Shown here: positions 56,431 through 64,000 of the stretch, piece after piece
Position numbering within the stretch: the stretch's first letter is position 1
Layout: each line of letters opens with the position of its first letter
From: the human T2T-CHM13v2.0 reference genome, Homo sapiens
Reading direction: 5' to 3' (one strand)
Assembly: GCF_009914755.1 (NCBI RefSeq)
Contig: NC_060937.1
DNA: 64,000 bases
The notes under the pieces: generated by a model
What the model saw: the letters and a program-made list of their open reading frames with translations, nothing else
Databases searched by the model: none
What the model was told of the DNA's origin: nothing
Translations under genes and position numbers: made by a program

Positions 56431-58694
56431 GCACTCTGGCGTCCTCTTTCCTTGACATCCGCCTGCTCCTCTACCGTAGCCAGATTTCTTTAGGAAAAAA
56501 ATGATTCTTTAAAAATCTAAAATACTGTAAATCCTATTGGGAAATAACAGTTATTAAACCTCTTCATCAGGAGCCACCAGATATCAACTTAGGCTGTGCA
56601 TCTTTCTGCCAGGTGGGTCCTTATGACCCTATTAGTGACTGTCTCGCACAACTGGAGATACCAGTGAACACGTGATTGAACTCTCAGCCTCAAGGACAGG
56701 TCAGAAAAGGAGCCTCAGGTCAACAATGTGTTCTCGACCTGCTTGAATTTGCATCTGGGAATCCTCCTGTTAGTAGAAAGGTTGACCCTGGACGCAGTCT
56801 GGGATTGAATCTGCCTCACTCCTTTTTCACTCCCTTTCAGAAACAAATGAAAGGAAGTGTGTAAACCACACAGCCAAGCACCCAACGCATCATCATCTTC
56901 ATATCATCGTTATTATTAGTCTAAAATGGTGGTGGTGATGATAACCCCACTCCCTAGGTCTCAGTACCCATACTGAGATTTTATGCTCTCCCTTTTTCTG
57001 CTGGATTTCATTTTTTCTCTAGAAGCTTGATGCTATGCCTTGATTATTACTTATTTCAATGGGACAAATTTGCACTAGAACTACAGTATTTGTTATCACT
57101 GAATTTTTCACGGTTGCCATATATATATCCAGCATCATTTGTGTCCTACTGCTGTTGAACAACTACTTTAAGATCAGAAAATAGAAGTAGTTTAGCCAGT
57201 CTAAAAGGATTTCCATTCATCGAATCATAAATAGAGAAAAAAACAATCCCTTCTATCCATTACTAAACCTCTCCATTCCAAATGTCTTCAAACAAAGCAA
57301 TTATGGTGGACAAGTATTTGAGGACAGTTTTTTCTCATAAACAGCTGCATAGTGCTATAGCATCCTTGTTGATTAGCCAATTAGAATAAATTCTTTCCAC
57401 AGCACATTTTAAAAGACTTAGGGGAAAAAACAAGACTTGCAAGACTTGAAGTTTTCATAGAACAATGTGCACCCGTCTTCCGCCCACTTCCCCAGAGAGA
57501 AATATATGAATCACATAGCAGTAAATGAGTAAAGTATCAAAACAGGTGCTGGAGACTAGGGAGCATGAATCATCTTCTTCCTTAGATACTTTGTAAATAA
57601 AACAGGATGTATTTATGGTAACTCTGTGCGTAAACTTCTATTTACAATGAATTATATAAAATAAATACAATGTCACACAAAGTAAATAAAATTGAAGAAT
57701 CTATTAAATATCACTTTAACAATTATATTAAATTGTTTCCTTAAATTGATCCAATTTTGAAAGAGGAATTTGAATAGGAGAGATCAACAACAACAAAAAT
57801 TCCTCCTGTATTCAAACTTTAAGGAACGCTAGCTATCTATTTTAATGAGTGAATAACTTATTTCCCAAACCACATTTTAAGAAAGTCAAAAATAGTTGCA
57901 TCACATTTTTCCTATTGAAAATATACACTTTGAATAACAGAAAAATAATCCGCAGATAATTTTTTAAAGATTTTTACTCAGCTTAGTGGTAATAGATTTC
58001 TGTTTATATTAACCTTAAGAAAGAGTGTTCAGAATGGAGTTTGGCCATTTCATTATGAGTTATGGATATTATTGTATAAAACATGTACACAAAATTCCAC
58101 TGATGATTTTATCTAATTTCAACCATAAGATTCTGACAGAGAATCAACTCAACTAGCTCTTTTAAGCATCACTTTTAATGTACCACATTTTTTAAGTGAC
58201 TCTTGTTTATTTTTTTAATGTTTGCTCAAACTTATGGGGATAGTGCCATGTTCTGCGTATCCACGCTAGGATGTGGCCTTTTTGAGCCATGGAAGACGCT
58301 GTCAGAACAGGGTCCGGAAAAAACAAATAGGACACTCGTTATTTTCTTGTTGATTTGATTAGCCATATGTACCATTTACAATACTCTTGGGGGACAAAAG
58401 GAAGAGAGGGAAAAAACAATTGTATCTGAATATTGCAAGCTAATCTTTTATAAATTTTACCCTTTAAGGGTTGATGGATTCAGAAATTAATCAACTGTAT
58501 TTTTATCTGATAAATGCTAATACTGTACTGCAGTGCAGTTGTGGTTTTGAGAGTTACATTCATAGGTTTATGTCAGATCAAGAATAGATTTTGTTGGGGG
58601 GTGATTTTTAGATTGTAGGAGGTTTTATACACATAATAAACCAAGATGCTAACAGGAGGATGCAATCAGTGGTTATTTTGTGTCAGCCCTTTTC

Positions 58695-58998
<304 letters not shown>

Positions 58999-59689
58999 TG
59001 TGTCAGCCCTTTTCAAGCTGCAGCAACACTCACACTGATGCACTTGGCCACTGAGAGGTGAGCCATTGGCAGATGATGTACAGAGGATGGAAGAAGGACT
59101 GCTGTGCAGGCGGTAAATGGCATCTGCCAGACTGCACAGATGAAGGTTCCTACCCTGTTCACTGCCGCATACAGGAAATATGATCAAAAGAGTGGTAGTG
59201 TGTTTAGACTTGTGGCTCACTCTGTGTGAGAAGGAAAATTAAATACCAAAGCCATCTATAAAGTAGCAAAATTGCCCTAAAAGCTGCAAATTAGGTCGTA
59301 ATCATACATCAATGACAGAGAAGTACATGGAAGACCTGGAAGGATATTCTAGAAATAGCTACCATCTTGATGGTTCATCTCTTCTTAATTACTTAAGGGA
59401 ATTTCGACACCTTATTAAAACAGAGGAAGTCCAAGGTGAACTCTAAAACCCTCCTTAAGTATCCAATTCTATGATTCGGTGTGAAGCATTATCACACTTG
59501 TCCCAAGGGAACTTAACCAGTAATTTCAACGCTTCAGTGGGGAGTCACACGTCAGATGGACTCTTGCGGGCCATGCTCTCAGGTAGTGGCTTGAGTCCCC
59601 CTGCTCCTCCAACAAGGCCACCGTCCAGCTATTAATATTACTCCCAATTCCCTGGACTTGCTATGTCCTCTGGCGTGTGGAGTGCCTGG

Positions 59690-59930
59690 CTGCCGCCTTC
59701 ATTCTCTATCTGACTGTCTCCTGCTCATGCTCAAAGCCCACACCCAATGTCACCTTCTGGGGGACGCTGGTCCCAAACACCTGCCTTCCCAAGCCAAGTC
59801 ACAGCTGAGCCCTGTGTCCTTAGCACCCTCCAAAGCCACTGTCTTCCCTCTCCATCCCCCAGTGGACTGCGAGCTTCTGGAGGATGCTCCTTCCCTGGCA
59901 TAGAGCAGACATGTAGCAGCACTTAGTGAG
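59690..59930 (+). mobile_element. L2 fragment
   Basis: ctcaaagccc…aatgtcaccttct…ccccagtggactgcgagctt…ctggcatagagc. Confidence 0.5.
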
Positions 59931-60070
59931 GAAGGCTGAGGCAAGCTCTGTGGTCCAGTTTCCCTGCAAATAGGGGTTTAGAAGGAGCTGAGAAAAGAGG
60001 AGATGAGGGTACACTGTAGGGAAGAAGTGATATTCACAACTGACAGCAAGGAACAAAAAAGTTAAACAGA

Positions 60071-60363
<293 letters not shown>

Positions 60364-60487
60364 TTAAACACAAAAACCACAGTATGAACTAAAAGGGCTT
60401 AGAAATCTGAGGCTGTTCCCATGAAGAAAATCCTCATCCTGGACTTCTGTGTCTGCTAAGGGAGGCACAGTGATTATGATAGTTGGA

Positions 60488-62420
60488 GGTTACAGTGTGT
60501 GGATAGACTGTGGTTACAGTGCCTGGATAGACCGTGGCTGCAGTGTGTGGATAGGCCGTGGTTACAGTGTGTGGATAGACCGTGGCTGCAGTGTGTGGAT
60601 AGGCCGTGGCTGCAGTGTGTGGATAGACCGTGGCTGCAGTGTGTGGATAGGCTGTGGTTACAGTGTGTGGATAGGCCGTGGTTACAGTGTGTGGATAGGC
60701 CGTGGTTACAGTGTGTGGATAGGCCGTGGCTGCAGTGTGTGGATAGACCGTGGCTGCAGTGTGTGGATAGGCCGTGGTTACAGTGTGTGGATAGGCCGTG
60801 GTTGCAGTGTGTGGATAGGCCGTGGTTGCAGTGTGTGGATAGGCCGTGGCTGCAGTGTGTGGATAGACCGTGGCTGCAGTGTGTGGATAGGCCGTGGTTA
60901 CAGTGTGTGGATAGGCCGTGGTTACAGTGTGTGGATGGACCGTGGTTACAGTGTGTGGATAGGCCGTGGTTACAGTGTGTGGATAGGCCGTGGTTACAGT
61001 GTGTGGATGGACCGTGGTTACAGTGTGTGGATAGGCCGTGGTTACAGTGTGTGGATAGGCCGTGGTTACAGTGTGTGGATAGGCCGTGGTTACAGTGTGT
61101 GGATGGACCGTGGTTACAGTGTGTGGATAGGCCGTGGTTACAGTGTGTGGATGGGCCGTGGTTACAGTGTGTGGATGGACCGTGGTTACAGTGTGTGGAT
61201 AGGCCGTGGTTACAGTGTGTGGATGGGCCGTGGTTACAGTGTGTGGATGGGCCGTGGCTGCAGTGTGTGGATGGGCCGTGGTTACAGTGTGTGGATGGGC
61301 CGTGGTTACAGTGTGTGGATGGACCGTGGTTACAGTGTGTGGATGGGCCGTGGTTACAGTGTGTGGATAGGCCGTGGCTGCAGTGTGTGGATGGGCCGTG
61401 GTTACAGCGTGTGGATGGGCCGTGGTTACAGCGTGTGGATGGGCCGTGGTTACAGTGTGTGGATAGGCCGTGGTTGCAGTGTGTGGATAGGCCGTGGTTG
61501 CAGTGTGTGGATAGGCCGTGGCTGCAGTGTGTGGATAGGCCGTGGTTACAGTGTGTGGATAGGCCGTGGTTACAGTGTGTGGATAGACTGTGGTTACAGT
61601 GTGTGGATAGGCCGTGGTTACAGTGTGTGGATAGGCCGTGGTTACAGTGTGTGGATAGACCGTGGCTGCAGTGTGTGGATAGGCCGTGGTTACAGTGTGT
61701 GGATAGGCCGTGGTTACAGTGTGTGGATGGACCGTGGTTACAGTGTGTGGATAGGCCGTGGTTACAGTGTGTGGATAGGCCGTGGCTGCAGTGTGTGGAT
61801 AGGCCGTGGTTACAGTGTGTGGATAGGCCGTGGTTACAGTGTGTGGATGGACCGTGGTTACAGTGTGTGGATAGGCCGTGGTTACAGTGTGTGGATAGAC
61901 CGTGGCTGCAGTGTGTGGATAGGCCGTGGTTACAGTGTGTGGATAGGCCGTGGTTACAGTGTGTGGATGGACCGTGGTTACAGTGTGTGGATAGGCCGTG
62001 GTTACAGTGTGTGGATAGGCCGTGGCTACAGTGTGTGGATGGGCCGTGGTTACAGTGTGTGGATGGGCCGTGGTTACAGTGTGTGGATGGACCGTGGTTA
62101 CAGTGTGTGGATGGGCCGTGGCTACAGTGTGTGGATGGACCGTGGCTACAGTGTGTGGATGGGCCGTGGCTACAGTGTGTGGATGGGCCGTGGTTACAGT
62201 GTGTGGATGGGCCGTGGCTACAGTGTGTGGATGGGCCGTGGTTACAGCGTGTGGATGGGCCGTGGTTACAGTGTGTGGATAGACCGTGGTTACGTTTTGT
62301 GGATAAAGCATGGTTACAGTGTTTAGATAAACCATGGTTACAGCATGTGGATAGGCCATGGCTACAGCATATGGATAGACTGTGGTTGCAGTTATGGGTA
62401 GACCGTGGTTACATTGTGTG
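60488..62420. repeat. Minisatellite/VNTR 3, 24-bp unit (ggttacagtgtgtggataggccgt), ~80 copies
   Basis: Very homogeneous tandem array with a few diagnostic variant positions, degenerate at the right end. Confidence 0.98.
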
Positions 62421-62689
62421 ACTAGATTGTCGTTGCAGTTGCGGATACACTGGTTAAAGTGTGTAGAGTGTTGAGAAACGCTAAGTAGCTTTCAGCCTCC
62501 CTGACTGCACCGAGCAACCTTTGGTGTAAAAAATCCTCCAAGGTTTTCGGACACATGCTCAAGTTACAGAACAAAACAACTGCAGGATTCACTTTGTAAG
62601 AAGAGAGACTCAGGTGTGTTTCTTGTGTAAGCCACAGTGCTGGAAAAGTAGGATGGCTCCTGGGGATCACCAACCCCACTCCAATCTCA

Positions 62690-62850
62690 GCCATCATTTC
62701 TAGCCATGCAATTGGGTGTATCCCTTAGTATCTTTGATCCCTCCTTGTCTGTAAAAAATGGAAATGAAAATACTCATAGGTTTTATGTGGAGTTTATAAG
62801 GCAACTAGTGCACCATATGGAGTGGAGAAGTGCTATTGCTATTATAATTG
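62690..62850 (+). mobile_element. MIR SINE fragment
   Basis: …cttgtctgtaaaaaatggaaatgaaaatactcatagg…. Confidence 0.55.
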
Positions 62851-63197
62851 TGTAATAGTATGTAATACATTGATATGTAATATATTAATATGCAATTATA
62901 ATAATAATAGCATTGTTATTATTTCTCCACTTTGGCCCACAAACCTGAATTCAGCCACTTCTGTGTAGAGAGTACTCAGATAAAAAAGAAAAGTGAGATG
63001 CTTACGCTCTAGAAGACCATGATGTGGGACAGAGACGGAAGCATGGGATCTTCTACTGATTGTGAAAGGACGTGCGAAACCCAGGCTGCTGGCCATCCCC
63101 ATGAAGGGCTGCTAGAAGGGTCTACTGAAAATGGCCCACAGTTGGGTGCTAAATGAGGAAACATTATCCAGAAAACTCACTTAAATGGAGCGACTGA

Positions 63198-63624
<427 letters not shown>

Positions 63625-64000
63625 TCACGTCCCCACGGAGAGAATTGTGATGCCCGGACATCACGGGCGCTTCCATGTGGGTGTTTCCGTGGCCAGAGGG
63701 ATTCTGAAATGTGTAGGGACAAGGACCCATTCCAGGGAAGCCAAGTGTCGGCCGCATTCACCACCCGTCCCCTGCAGTCTCACACCTGCCCGAGGAGGCA
63801 GCCCAGCAGTCGGGGGCCCCGAGCTGGGGAGGAACGCAGGCAGCTGCAGCCCCGAGGGAGCCCTGCGCTTGTTTCTAAGAATAGGTGGCTTCCGGGATCT
63901 GGAGTTCGGTTTTTCTAAATACACCTCAGCCCGGAGACTCGGAGGCAGGCAATGGGGCCAAGTAGGCAGCCTTGGGAGTGACATCACGGTTTCCTCTTTT

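Noticed and set aside
55771-56504. His-rich ORFs of 147-240 aa
   Set aside because: Translations of the 20-bp VNTR in all three frames.
60434-62421. Three ORFs of 625-641 aa (mucin-like HPHTVTTA, WLQCVDRP and GYSVWIGR repeats)
   Set aside because: They arise because a 24-bp unit is stop-free in several frames on both strands. There is no unique domain, splice structure or promoter evidence.

Overview
Human (primate) genomic DNA lying entirely inside the COL4A2 gene (type IV collagen alpha-2 chain, 13q34), + strand. The only protein-coding sequence is one 81-nt exon (32560-32640; [27 protein letters not shown]) from the Cys-rich N-terminal 7S region. It is not in the ORF track. Everything else is long intron. 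That intron carries the MIR8073 hairpin (16147-16218), about 14 Alus, a THE1 solo LTR, Tigger3, Tigger4a, MER20, MER5 and MER33-type DNA transposon relics, L1/L2/MIR fragments, and three minisatellites with 33-, 20- and 24-bp units. The long ORFs in the track come from these VNTRs or from Alus. I found no convincing new multi-gene system. The most interesting unexplained signals are: two short ungapped ~85%-identical local duplications that look like templated insertions (one fused to a half-Alu), inverted core similarity between two neighbouring VNTRs, a 120-bp higher-order structure in the 24-mer VNTR, candidate recursive splice sites, and close inverted Alu pairs. Gene, miRNA and repeat-family names are recognised from memory, not by database search, and repeat boundaries are approximate.
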